Shown in pieces: positions 23,709 through 33,627 of a stretch of 64,000 nucleotides of DNA; position 1 is the first letter of the stretch, and the number at the start of each line of letters is the position of its first letter. The notes beneath the pieces were generated by a model that had not been told where the DNA came from, ran no database searches, and saw only the letters and a list, made by a program, of their open reading frames with translations. The position numbers were made by a program, and so were the translations under genes. The stretch covers positions 41,270 through 105,269 of the forward strand of contig SUYC01000005.1 in assembly GCA_015060625.1 (NCBI GenBank), read 5' to 3'. This DNA is from Xylanibacter ruminicola. GTDB lineage: Bacteria > Bacteroidota > Bacteroidia > Bacteroidales > Bacteroidaceae.

Positions 23709-24965
23709 ATGGAAAGAAGAAAAGATAGAATCCTTCTATGCCTGTGCCATCTTTCTGGCAACGAGCAGAAGTTTGTAAACGAAGCATTTGATACCAACTG
23801 GGTTGTGCCCCTTGGCCCTAATGTAAATGGATTCGAGAAAGACCTCGAAGAGTTCGTTGGTCAAAATAAGAGGGTGGTAGCCCTCTCTGCTGGAACAGCA
23901 GCTGTGCATCTTGCATTGCTGAACTGTGGTGTAGGACCTGGTGATGAAGTGCTGGTACAGAGCTTTACGTTCTGCGCATCTAGCCACCCTATTACATATC
24001 TTGGTGCAACGCCTGTTTTCATTGATTCTGAGAAAGAGACATGGAACATGGATCCAGAGTTGTTGGAGAAGGCTATTATCGACCGTAAGGAGAAAACAGG
24101 TAAGTACCCCAAGGCTATCGTGCCGGTAGCACTCTACGGTATGCCGTACAAGATTGACCAGATTATGGCTATCGCCAACAAGTATGGCATTCCTGTGGTA
24201 GAGGATGCTGCTGAGGGCTTTGGCTCTAAGTTCAACGGTCAGGTGCTGGGTACATTTGGTAAATATGGTGTATTAAGCTTTAACGGTAACAAGATGATTA
24301 CTACCTCTGGCGGTGGTGCATTGATTACTGAGAACGAGGACGAGTGGCGAGAGATTATGATGTATGCCACTCAGTACCGTGAAAGCTATCCGTACTACCA
24401 GCACGAGAAGATTGGCTATAACTACCGTATGAGTAATATCTGTGCAGGTATTGGTCGTGGTCAGATGACCATATTAGATGAGCATATTGCCCATCACAAG
24501 AAGGTACAGAAGATGTACGAAGAGCTGCTGAAGGACGTGAAGGGTGTTACCGTACATAGCCAGCCTGAAACAGGAGAGTACGACTCTAACTACTGGCTTT
24601 GCACCATGACCATTAATCCTGACGTGAAGGTTAAGGGGCAGGAGAATGCGTATAAGCAGATTGTTACAGGTGCCGTAGGAGGTGCTGCTGGTGTGATTCA
24701 TGCTGCAGATTCAGCAACAACAGACTGTCAGCCTAATGATAATGTGGAGGCCATGCGTATGGGCTTGGATGCCCTGAATATTGAGAGCCGCCCACTTTGG
24801 AAGCCTATGCATAAGCAGCCTGTTTATAAGAATGCACCTGCATATGTAAATGGTGTCAGCGAAGACCTGTTCAAGATAGGTATGTGCTTACCTGCAGGCC
24901 CATATGTTACAGAGGATGACGTGCATTTCATCTGTGATGCTATCAAGAGTTTGATTAACGAATAA
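23709..24965 (+). CDS. DegT/DnrJ/EryC1/StrS (PglE-like) NDP-4-keto-6-deoxy-sugar aminotransferase
   Basis: EAFDTNWVVPLGPNVNGFE, SAGTAAVHLAL, EDAAE, PLP Lys in SFNGNKMITTSGGG, GYNYRMSN, ESRPLWKPMH. Confidence 0.92.
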   Translation: MERRKDRILLCLCHLSGNEQKFVNEAFDTNWVVPLGPNVNGFEKDLEEFVGQNKRVVALSAGTAAVHLALLNCGVGPGDEVLVQSFTFCASSHPITYLGATPVFIDSEKETWNMDPELLEKAIIDRKEKTGKYPKAIVPVALYGMPYKIDQIMAIANKYGIPVVEDAAEGFGSKFNGQVLGTFGKYGVLSFNGNKMITTSGGGALITENEDEWREIMMYATQYRESYPYYQHEKIGYNYRMSNICAGIGRGQMTILDEHIAHHKKVQKMYEELLKDVKGVTVHSQPETGEYDSNYWLCTMTINPDVKVKGQENAYKQIVTGAVGGAAGVIHAADSATTDCQPNDNVEAMRMGLDALNIESRPLWKPMHKQPVYKNAPAYVNGVSEDLFKIGMCLPAGPYVTEDDVHFICDAIKSLINE

Positions 24966-24983
24966 AAAACGCTGTAATTGGCT

Positions 24984-26077
24984 GTGAATAAGAAAAATCC
25001 CCCCCCCATTTAAGGGTTGAAAGGCAGTCCAACTTTGAGGCTTTAAGACTGCTCTCCATGCTGATGGTACTTAATCTCCATAGTTTTTGGGGATTTAACT
25101 ATGGCAGTGGTATTTGGCAGGCTCTTGACTTCTTTAGGGAAAGCACTTCTATCTGTGCCGTAGACTGTTTCATATTGATTTCAGGCTATTTTTGCATCAA
25201 GTGGAAGTTCCGCAGTTTCTTCAATCTCATATTTCAGATTTTCTTCTATAGCGTAGGGCTCTATCTCGTTGTAGTCGGCCTTGGAATTGTTGATTGGAGC
25301 TTAAAAGAATTCATCATCAGGTTCGGATGTCTGTTTACAAGATCGTGGGGCTTTGCCATCACGTTTGTCCTACTTTACTTCTGTTCACCTGTGCTGAATG
25401 CTTTTGCAGATAGGTCATCGTCTCGTGAGTTGCTTCTATACATTATTGTATTTTTCATAGTCATCAATTTCGTGAGTATTCCTCGTTTCGACCTGTTTAC
25501 CTATGCACTGGTTTACCTCGTCGGTCGATGGTTGAGAAAAATGAATGTAGCAGATCTGAAGTTTCCTTCTGGAAAGGCATATTGGATAGTGACAGTTTTG
25601 ATATTTGTTATCGTCTATGTCCTTTGCTTTTGCGTGTTGCATTTTACGAAGTCTAACGTTCTCAAATGGCCTTTTGGTATCATTGGCTATAATTATGCGG
25701 CACCGTTGGTTATACTACAGGCAGTATCCCTTTTTATGTTCTTTGCACGACTGAGGTTCAAAAGTAACTTTATCAACTGGTGTGCAGCATCAAGTTTTGC
25801 AATCTATCTCATTCACATGCATCCGACCATCAAACAAATAGGATATTATGCATTTACTAAGTCTTTATATGAACAGCCTCCCTTTCTGCATGTTGTTGCT
25901 CTCGTTGCATTTATCTTAGCAGTGTTTTTCGCTTGTATATTCATAGATAAAATCAGAATAGCAATATCTAATGTATGCTTTCTTATGGTAGAATCATTAC
26001 TGAAGCATGTACCAGTAAAAATATTTAAGATAGAAACCTATTTGCCATCATCTATGGCAGTATTGATTTCAAAATAA
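24984..26077 (+). CDS. Acyltransferase family 3 (OafA-like) membrane O-acyltransferase, frameshifted at the C9 tract; intact frame runs 24992-26077
   Basis: The conserved family start ERQSNFEALRLLSMLMVLNLH lies upstream of the first in-frame ATG (25058). Also VDCFILISGYF and SSFAIYLIH. Confidence 0.8.
24999..25007 (+). repeat. C9 homopolymer that separates the acyltransferase start codon from its reading frame
   Basis: GTG AAT AAG AAA AAT C9 ATT TAA stops at 25013. C10 or C7 would read through into RQSNFEALRLLSM. Confidence 0.8.
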
Positions 26078-26078
26078 T

Positions 26079-26714
26079 ATGAAGAATCTAATCCTTATAG
26101 GTGGTGGTGGTCACTGCAAGTCCGTTATGGATGCAGCTGAGAGTGCGGGTTACAGTATTTTTGGAGTGCTGGATGTAGCGGAGAATGTTGGCAAGGAAGT
26201 ACTCTCAACCAAGATTATAGGCACAGATGAAAACATTCCTGCTTACGTTGATAAGGCAGAGTTTGTTATCACTGTTGGTTTCATCAAGAATCCTGCAGTT
26301 CGTATCAAGCTATACAATAAGGTAAAGGAAGCTGGAGGAAAGTTCGCTACAATCATAGCTTCTACTGCATACGTTTCTAAATATGCAGAAATAGGCGAAG
26401 GTACGGTCGTTCTCCATCAGGCATTTGTGAATGCTGGTGCTAGGGTTGGTAAGAATGTCATATTGAATACTGCAACCAACATTGAGCATGATGCAGTTAT
26501 TGGCAATCACTGCCATATTTCTACAGGAACTATGGTAAATGGCGAGTGCAAGGTCGGCGAACGCTGCTTTATTGGAAGTCAGTCCGTTCTCGCCAACTGC
26601 ATTTCTGTTGGAGATGATATTATTGTGGGAGCTGGTTCTTTTGTCAGAAAGACAATTTCTGAAAAAGGTATCTACTCAGGTAATCCTGCTATTCTAAAAA
26701 TTAGGGCAAAATGA
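26079..26714 (+). CDS. neuD: NeuD/PglD-family sugar acetyltransferase
   Basis: LILIGGGGHCKSV, hexapeptide repeats, NTATNIEHD..IG.HCHISTG. Confidence 0.85.
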   Translation: MKNLILIGGGGHCKSVMDAAESAGYSIFGVLDVAENVGKEVLSTKIIGTDENIPAYVDKAEFVITVGFIKNPAVRIKLYNKVKEAGGKFATIIASTAYVSKYAEIGEGTVVLHQAFVNAGARVGKNVILNTATNIEHDAVIGNHCHISTGTMVNGECKVGERCFIGSQSVLANCISVGDDIIVGAGSFVRKTISEKGIYSGNPAILKIRAK

Positions 26715-27721
26715 AACATACAATCATCATAGCAGAGGCTGGCGTGAACCATAATGGTTCCATTGAGCTGGCAAAGCAGCTGGTAGATAAAGCCGTTGAA
26801 GCAGGTGTGGACTTTATCAAATTCCAGACCTTTAAGGCTGCAAAGCTTGTCACTAAGACTGCAAAGCAGGCAGAATATCAGCAGAAGAACATTGGTAAAG
26901 AAGGTGATAGTCAGTACCAGATGTTGAAGAAGTTGGAGCTTTCACCTGAAGACCATGAGTTATTGATTGCTTACTGCAAAGAGAAAGGCATTAAGTTCTT
27001 CTCTACGGCCTTTGACTTTGATAGCATTGAGTATTTGCATTCATTGAATCTGGGCTTGTGGAAGATTCCTTCAGGAGAAGTAACCAACTATCCTTTCTTG
27101 AAGCGTGTGGCTGCCTATAATGAAAAGACCATCCTCAGTACAGGTATGTGTGATATGGTTGATGTTCGTGCAGCTGTAGAGGCTTTATACAAGAATGGTT
27201 TATCAAAGGAGAACCTGATTCTGCTTCATTGCAATACCGAGTATCCTACGCCTTTTGAGGATGTAAACCTTAAAGCAATGGAGGCACTCCGTGAAGAATT
27301 TGGTGTAGAGGTGGGTTATAGCGACCATACAAAAGGTATTGAAGTACCCATTGCTGCTGTAGCTTTAGGTGCAACTGTCATTGAGAAGCATTTCACCCTT
27401 GACCGTAACATGGAAGGACCTGACCATAAAGCCAGCCTTGAACCTGATGAATTGAAAGCGATGGTCTCAGCCATCCGCAACATTGAGAAGGCTGTGGGTG
27501 GCGACGGTACTAAGCACGTGAGTGAAAGTGAACGAAAAAATATCGCCATTGCCCGCAAGAGCATTGTGGCTGCTTGCGATATCAAAGCTGGCGAAACCTT
27601 TACGGAAGAGAACCTGACTGTAAAGCGTCCTGGTAGCGGTATCTCTCCCATGCGTTGGGAAGAGATAGTTGGCCAGAAAGCCAAGAAAGATTTCAATGAA
27701 GACGAGTTGATTGAGCTATGA
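26711..27721 (+). CDS. neuB: Nonulosonate synthase, NeuB/LegI type
   Basis: IIAEAGVNHNGS, KFQTF, KIPSGEVTN, LLHCNTEYPTP, GYSDHT, IEKHFTLD..GPDH.ASLEP, C-terminal SAF domain. Confidence 0.95.
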   Translation: MKHTIIIAEAGVNHNGSIELAKQLVDKAVEAGVDFIKFQTFKAAKLVTKTAKQAEYQQKNIGKEGDSQYQMLKKLELSPEDHELLIAYCKEKGIKFFSTAFDFDSIEYLHSLNLGLWKIPSGEVTNYPFLKRVAAYNEKTILSTGMCDMVDVRAAVEALYKNGLSKENLILLHCNTEYPTPFEDVNLKAMEALREEFGVEVGYSDHTKGIEVPIAAVALGATVIEKHFTLDRNMEGPDHKASLEPDELKAMVSAIRNIEKAVGGDGTKHVSESERKNIAIARKSIVAACDIKAGETFTEENLTVKRPGSGISPMRWEEIVGQKAKKDFNEDELIEL

Positions 27722-28878
27722 GAAAGATTTGTGTAGTAACAGGTACTCGTGCAGAGTATGGCTTGCTGAGCAGGCTGATGGGGATGATTAAGGATTCTGA
27801 CCAGACGCAGTTGCAGGTCATTGTTACTAATATGCACCTAAGTCAAAAATATGGCAATACTTACCAAGAAATAGAGAAAGATGGTTTTACCATTGACTGC
27901 AAGATCCCTATTATAGATCAGAACGCTGAGGACAATGCTGTAACAACGGTAAAGTCAATGGCAACAGCCCTTTCTGGATTTGCTGAAGCATACAATACGT
28001 TGAAACCGGATTTGGTGGTAGTACTTGGTGACCGTTATGAGATACTTGCTGCCGCAACAGCTGCATTGATTGAGCGTATTCCCATAGCTCATCTGCATGG
28101 CGGTGAAGTGACAGAAGGGGCTTACGATGATGCTATTCGTCATAGCATTACCAAGATGAGCCACTTGCATTTCACTTCTACGGAAGAGTATAGAAACCGT
28201 GTGATTCAATTGGGTGAGCAGCCTGATAGAGTATTCTATGTGGGAGCTCCTGGGGTGGAGAATATCAAGAAGTTCCCGCTGATGAGTAAGGAAGAAGTTG
28301 AGGAATCGGTCAACTTCAAGTTGGATGAAAACACTATTTTGGTGACTTATCATCCAGTGACCTTGGGTGACCATACCGCAGGAAAGGACATCAAAGAGTT
28401 TCTAGGTGCGTTAGAAGAGCGCAAGGATTTGCGTGTGTTCTTTACTATGCCCAACTCTGATACAGGTTCTCAAGCTATTGTGGATGCCATCAATGAATTT
28501 GTGGCAAACAACTCAGACAGAGCCATTGCTTATAAGTCGCTTGGAATTAAGCGTTATCTCTCTGTGATGAAATATGCAGGAGCTGTCGTTGGCAATTCTT
28601 CCAGTGGTTTGCTGGAAGTACCTTCTTTTGGCATTCCCACATTGAATATTGGTGATCGCCAAAAGGGTAGGATGGCTGCTGATAGTGTCTATAACTGTGA
28701 GACTGATAAAGAGTCTATCCTGAAAGGTTTGGATGTGATTTTGTCACCAGCTTTTAAAAAGAAAGCGGCAGAAACGCATAATCCTTACGAGAAAGCAAAT
28801 ACAGCAGAAGAGATATTCAAGGTGATTAGCACCTATCCTTTGGAGGAATTAAAACAGAAACATTTCTACGATTTATGA
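27718..28878 (+). CDS. neuC: Hydrolysing NDP-GlcNAc/Bac 2-epimerase, NeuC/LegG type
   Basis: VVTGTRAEYGLL, LGDRYE, HLHGGE, DDAIRHSITKMSHLHF, VTYHPVT, GNSSSG, NIGDRQKGR. Confidence 0.95.
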   Translation: MRKICVVTGTRAEYGLLSRLMGMIKDSDQTQLQVIVTNMHLSQKYGNTYQEIEKDGFTIDCKIPIIDQNAEDNAVTTVKSMATALSGFAEAYNTLKPDLVVVLGDRYEILAAATAALIERIPIAHLHGGEVTEGAYDDAIRHSITKMSHLHFTSTEEYRNRVIQLGEQPDRVFYVGAPGVENIKKFPLMSKEEVEESVNFKLDENTILVTYHPVTLGDHTAGKDIKEFLGALEERKDLRVFFTMPNSDTGSQAIVDAINEFVANNSDRAIAYKSLGIKRYLSVMKYAGAVVGNSSSGLLEVPSFGIPTLNIGDRQKGRMAADSVYNCETDKESILKGLDVILSPAFKKKAAETHNPYEKANTAEEIFKVISTYPLEELKQKHFYDL

Positions 28879-29852
28879 AAATAATAGTTATTGGACTCGG
28901 CTCAATGGGTAAGCGCAGAATACGCCTACTGAGTGAGAATCAAGATATAGAGCTCTTTGGTATAGATAGCCAGGAGAGCCGTTGTGCGGAAGTGAAGGAG
29001 AAGTTTGGCCTGAAATGCTATGCTAGCATTGCTGAGGCTGTTGCAGCAGAACGACCCGATGCTGCTGTGATTAGTACATCTCCTCTTTCTCATTCTTCTA
29101 TCATCAAAGAATGCTTGCAGAACAACCTCCACGTATTCACAGAGATTAATCTGGTGGCAGATGGCTATGCAGAGAATATGGCATTGGCCAAGGAAAAAGG
29201 GAAAGTGCTGTTCCTTTCTTCAACGTTCCTGTATCGTAAAGAGACTCAGACCATCATTGAGAAGGCAAACAAGGCAACCTGCCCTCTGAACTATATCTAT
29301 CATATTGGTCAGTACCTGCCTGACTGGCATCCATGGGAGAGTTACAATAACTATTTTATTGGTAATCCCAGAACCAATGGTTGTCGTGAGATTATGGCCA
29401 TTGACCTGCCTTGGATAGTTACTGCCTTTGGACCTATCAAGAGTGTAAGTGCGGTAAAGAGCAAGAACACTCAGCTAAACATTAACTACAACGATAACTA
29501 CTTGATTACCATTGAACATGAGAATGGTAACAAGGGAGTTTTGGCTGCTGATGTGGTAACTCGTAAGTCCATCCGTCATATTGATGTATATGGTGAATCA
29601 TTCCAGATGTCTTGGAATGGTACAGCAGACTCTTTGCAGGAGTATAATGTTGAGACCAAGGAAATGCAGGCTATCCAGTTTGATGATGCTTCAGAACATG
29701 TGGAAGGTTATGCTGCATTTGTTACGGAAAATCCTTATCGCGAGGAACTGAATGCTTTCTTGGCTCAGATTGCCAACCCAAAGGCCGTTCCAGCTTGGAC
29801 TTTTGAGAAGGACTTTGAGTTGCTGAAGGTTATTGATCAGATTGAAGCATAA
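28875..29852 (+). CDS. Gfo/Idh/MocA-family oxidoreductase
   Basis: VIGLGSMGKRR, HVFTE, GQYLPDWHPWE. Confidence 0.88.
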   Translation: MKIIVIGLGSMGKRRIRLLSENQDIELFGIDSQESRCAEVKEKFGLKCYASIAEAVAAERPDAAVISTSPLSHSSIIKECLQNNLHVFTEINLVADGYAENMALAKEKGKVLFLSSTFLYRKETQTIIEKANKATCPLNYIYHIGQYLPDWHPWESYNNYFIGNPRTNGCREIMAIDLPWIVTAFGPIKSVSAVKSKNTQLNINYNDNYLITIEHENGNKGVLAADVVTRKSIRHIDVYGESFQMSWNGTADSLQEYNVETKEMQAIQFDDASEHVEGYAAFVTENPYREELNAFLAQIANPKAVPAWTFEKDFELLKVIDQIEA

Positions 29853-30802
29853 TGAAGAAATATAAGATAGCTTTTGTAGGACTTGGCTCCATTGCAACAC
29901 GTCACCTAAAGAATGTGCATGCTTATTTGGCATCACAGGGTGATTGTTGCGAGGTGGACTTATACCGCAGTTCTCTAGGTAGACCGTTGGCAGATGAGTT
30001 GCAGCCATTGGTAAGTAACGCTTACTTGTATGCTGATGAGATACCTGCAGACCGCCAGTATGATGTGGTTTTCGTAACCAATCCTACATCAATGCACTAT
30101 GAAACGGTTGAGCGGTTTGCTGCACATACCAAATCATTCTTCATAGAAAAGCCGGTATTTGACAGTTCGAAGGTTGACGAGAAGATATTTGATACCATCA
30201 AGGATATTCCTTCATACGTTGCCTGTCCGCTTCACTATAATGCCGTTCTGCAATATGTAAAGCAGCATGTGAATCCTGAAAATGTGATTTGTGCCAGAGC
30301 TATGTCTTCTAGTTATTTGCCTGACTGGAGACCTGGACAAGACTATCGCAATACCTATAGCGCTCATAAGAATTTGGGAGGTGGAGTAAGTATTGATCTC
30401 ATTCATGAATGGGATTATCTTACTTGGCTCTTTGGGATGCCTGCGGAATGCCACTCCATGATTAACAAGGTTTCCAATTTGGAAATTGATAGCGATGATT
30501 TGGCCATCTATATTGGCAAAAATGATAAGACAACCTTTGAACTTCATTTGGACTACTTTGGAAGACAAACACAACGTACGCTTGATCTGTTTACGGCAGA
30601 TGACACCATCCATTGTGATTTGATAGCTGGTACAGTAAGCTATTTGAAGAAAGGAGAAACCATTAAGCTGGAAAGTGAGCGTAATGCCTTCCAGATGGCT
30701 GAGATTGCACATTTCTTTGGGATAATAAACAATAAAACAATAAACGACAGCAACCCTGAACATGCTTACCAGGTGCTGAAAATAGCAAAAGGAGAATTCT
30801 AA
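29852..30802 (+). CDS. Gfo/Idh/MocA-family oxidoreductase
   Basis: FVGLGSIATRH, FFIEKP, SYLPDWRPGQDYR, GGGVSIDLIHEWDY. Confidence 0.9.
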   Translation: MKKYKIAFVGLGSIATRHLKNVHAYLASQGDCCEVDLYRSSLGRPLADELQPLVSNAYLYADEIPADRQYDVVFVTNPTSMHYETVERFAAHTKSFFIEKPVFDSSKVDEKIFDTIKDIPSYVACPLHYNAVLQYVKQHVNPENVICARAMSSSYLPDWRPGQDYRNTYSAHKNLGGGVSIDLIHEWDYLTWLFGMPAECHSMINKVSNLEIDSDDLAIYIGKNDKTTFELHLDYFGRQTQRTLDLFTADDTIHCDLIAGTVSYLKKGETIKLESERNAFQMAEIAHFFGIINNKTINDSNPEHAYQVLKIAKGEF

Positions 30803-30803
30803 T

Positions 30804-31574
30804 ATGAACATTCTGTTTACATTATGTGGTCGTGCGGGCTCCAAGGGAGTAAAAGGCAAGAATGCCCGAGACTTTCTGGATGTACCCCTAGTTTGGTATT
30901 CTATGGCCAACATTGCTCTGTATATGGAAAAATATGCAGGCGAGGATGATATCAAAATCGTGTTGAATACTGATAGCGAGCCATTGAAAGATTTGGTTAG
31001 ACGTGTAAAGGATGTGCCTGTAACTATCATCCATCGTGAAGAGAGTCTGGCTGGAGATAAGGTACCCAAGGTGGCTGTAATTCTGGATTCTCTGAACAAG
31101 GCAGAAGAGATTTTCGCTCAGAAGTTTGATATGGTGGTTGATTTGGATATAACTTCACCTTTACGTACCGTTCAGGATGTGAAGAATGCCATTGACCGCA
31201 AGAAGCAGAGAAATGATGTGGATGTGGTTTACAGTGTAGCACCATCCCGAAGAAATCCATATTTTAATATGGTAAAAGAGGATAACGGTTTCTTCTGTAA
31301 GGCCATTCCTTCCAACTTCACCACTCGTCAGGAAGCACCTGTATTCTATGACATGAACGCTTCTATCTATGCTTATTCACCTGACGCTTTAAGGAATAAG
31401 GAACATGCTACTTTCTTTAACTCTGGATGTGATGCTGTGGTAATGGCAGATACCGGTATTCTCGATATTGATTCAGAGGAAGATTATGAATTAATGCAGG
31501 TTATAGCTAAGTATCTGTTTGAGAATAATGAAGCGTTTAAAGAAACGTTTAACAAGGCTATAGGATGGAAATGA
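30804..31574 (+). CDS. neuA: Acylneuraminate (nonulosonate) cytidylyltransferase
   Basis: CGRAGSKGVKGKN, LDITSPLR, RQEAP..YDMNASIY, DIDSEED. Confidence 0.88.
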   Translation: MNILFTLCGRAGSKGVKGKNARDFLDVPLVWYSMANIALYMEKYAGEDDIKIVLNTDSEPLKDLVRRVKDVPVTIIHREESLAGDKVPKVAVILDSLNKAEEIFAQKFDMVVDLDITSPLRTVQDVKNAIDRKKQRNDVDVVYSVAPSRRNPYFNMVKEDNGFFCKAIPSNFTTRQEAPVFYDMNASIYAYSPDALRNKEHATFFNSGCDAVVMADTGILDIDSEEDYELMQVIAKYLFENNEAFKETFNKAIGWK

Positions 31575-32605
31575 AGAATCATATCATATCTCAGAATATA
31601 ACATTACTTGATGCGCTTGTACGTATCAACAGTCTAGCCCCAGACCCATTGGTGCTTTTTGTGGTGGATGGCGAACAGCGCATGGTGGGAACGCTTACCG
31701 ATGGCGATTCGCGTCGTGCCTTAATTGCTGGCGCATCCGTCAGTGACAAGGCCGAGCAGATAATGCACCGAGATTTTAATTATATGCGTGCTGATGACGC
31801 AACGGATGTGCTTGAAATCCGTCGGCAGAAAGAGATAAAGATGAAATTGGTTCCTATCCTTGATGAGGAACACCACATTGTGGACATTATTAATCTGGAG
31901 AAGTTCAAGACACGTCTGCCTGTTGATGCTGTAATGATGGCTGGCGGTAAAGGAGAACGTTTGCGTCCATTGACCGAGAAGACTCCAAAGCCATTGCTAC
32001 CTGTTGGTGACAAGGCAATTATCGACCATAATGTGGATCGATTAATTTCATACGGTATTAACCACATTAGTGTGACTGTTAACTATCTGAAGGAACAGAT
32101 AGAGGAACATTATCAGGAACCAAGAAATGGCGTTCAGATACATACGGTACGCGAACCAAAGTTCCTTGGTACAATAGGCAGCATTCGTTTCGTTCCTGAG
32201 TTCTATAACGATACTGTACTGGTGATGAACAGCGATGTGTTTACGAACATTGACTATGAGGACTTTTTCCTCCACTACCAGCAACACGATGCTGAAATGT
32301 CTGTGGCAGCTATCCCTTACAACGTAGCTATTCCATATGGCATCTTTGATCTTGATGGACGTAATATCAAGGGACTGATTGAAAAACCCAAATACAACTA
32401 CTATGCCAATGCTGGCATCTATCTTATTAAGCGCCGCGCACTCGATGAAATTCCTGAAGATACCATGTTCCATGCTACAGATCTGGTGGAAAAGCTCATA
32501 TCTCAAGGAAAAACCGTTATTCGTTATCCACTGAATGGTACTTGGATAGATATAGGCAATCCTCAGGAATACCAGAAGGCGAAAGACTTGGTGAAACATT
32601 TATAA
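31571..32605 (+). CDS. CBS-domain nucleotidyltransferase (PtmE-like sugar-1-phosphate guanylyltransferase)
   Basis: N-terminal CBS pair (GTLTDGDSRR) plus MAGGKGERLRPLTEKTPKPLL, LGTIGS, MNSD, WIDIG. Confidence 0.85.
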   Translation: MKNHIISQNITLLDALVRINSLAPDPLVLFVVDGEQRMVGTLTDGDSRRALIAGASVSDKAEQIMHRDFNYMRADDATDVLEIRRQKEIKMKLVPILDEEHHIVDIINLEKFKTRLPVDAVMMAGGKGERLRPLTEKTPKPLLPVGDKAIIDHNVDRLISYGINHISVTVNYLKEQIEEHYQEPRNGVQIHTVREPKFLGTIGSIRFVPEFYNDTVLVMNSDVFTNIDYEDFFLHYQQHDAEMSVAAIPYNVAIPYGIFDLDGRNIKGLIEKPKYNYYANAGIYLIKRRALDEIPEDTMFHATDLVEKLISQGKTVIRYPLNGTWIDIGNPQEYQKAKDLVKHL

Positions 32606-32676
32606 TTGGTGTATAACGCAGAGTGTCTTTTTGTGAGATATTTTGTTTCAGTTTAATATTTATAAACAGTTTATTT

Positions 32677-33627
32677 ATGGAATTAATTAACAAAGTTAGA
32701 TTTATTCTTAGGGGAACATTGAATGCATATAGGACATATTCAATCCTTAATAATAAAGACAAAGAAATAAGTAGACATGAGGGTGAGATAATAAGGTATA
32801 CACATTCATTAGAAAAAGGTCTTTCTTTAGAAGATATTAGACCCTTTTTTGGCTTTGCGAAAATAACAGAAGGTTATTCGCATGTAAAAAAATACCTTGC
32901 TTTAGGAGGTGATAGTGAAAGGCCAACAATGTTCGTGTCAGCGCTCAAACAATATCTTGAATATCATGATAGCAGAAAACTTGCGTCTGAGAACTTGGAA
33001 ATAGTTCGTAAGATATTCGATGAACTGAGTGAACTGGTTATACCTACTTCAGGAACAGGTGGAATACTGACAATAAAGAAACCGATTTATTCGGAAGAGG
33101 AACAAAAATGTTTTGAGAAATTGTTTAACGACCGCCATAGCGTCCGTGAATTTTCCCATACCCCAATAGATCAGGAGAATTTGCATGAGGCAATAGAGTT
33201 GGCAATGCGTTGTCCCAGTGCGTGTAACCGTCAGTGTTATCGTTGTTACACACTGTCTAAGAATTCCTTAAAGGCATTAGGTGACTTATCGGGAATTGGA
33301 GGGTTTGCAAATGATGCGGAACAATTTTTGCTAATAACGGGTCGAATGTCCGACTACCGTTTGTCTGAGAACTTGCAATGGATAGTGACTGGTACGATTT
33401 TCGCCTCATATTTGACATTGACACTTCAGGCGAAAGGAATAGCATCGTGTTTTGTGCAAAGGCCAGTAACTCCTTCAAGGTGGATGTATAATATATGGGA
33501 TAAACTTAACATAAGTAAAGATGAACAGATGATATGTCTGCTAGCGATAGGTAATTTTAAAGATGAATATAAAGCTCCTGTTTCTCATCGTTTGTCATAC
33601 AACAAGATCGTAAAGAAATTGGATTGA
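32677..33627 (+). CDS. Nitroreductase-family protein
   Basis: RHSVREF and AMRCPSACNRQ. AT-rich. Confidence 0.8.
   Translation: MELINKVRFILRGTLNAYRTYSILNNKDKEISRHEGEIIRYTHSLEKGLSLEDIRPFFGFAKITEGYSHVKKYLALGGDSERPTMFVSALKQYLEYHDSRKLASENLEIVRKIFDELSELVIPTSGTGGILTIKKPIYSEEEQKCFEKLFNDRHSVREFSHTPIDQENLHEAIELAMRCPSACNRQCYRCYTLSKNSLKALGDLSGIGGFANDAEQFLLITGRMSDYRLSENLQWIVTGTIFASYLTLTLQAKGIASCFVQRPVTPSRWMYNIWDKLNISKDEQMICLLAIGNFKDEYKAPVSHRLSYNKIVKKLD

Noticed and set aside
26711-31574. Calling the product plain sialic acid (Neu5Ac) or pseudaminic acid
   Set aside because: The CBS-nucleotidyltransferase, dehydratase and aminotransferase argue against Neu5Ac, and a hydrolysing NeuC with no PseG/PseH argues against Pse. 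The exact isomer cannot be read from sequence.
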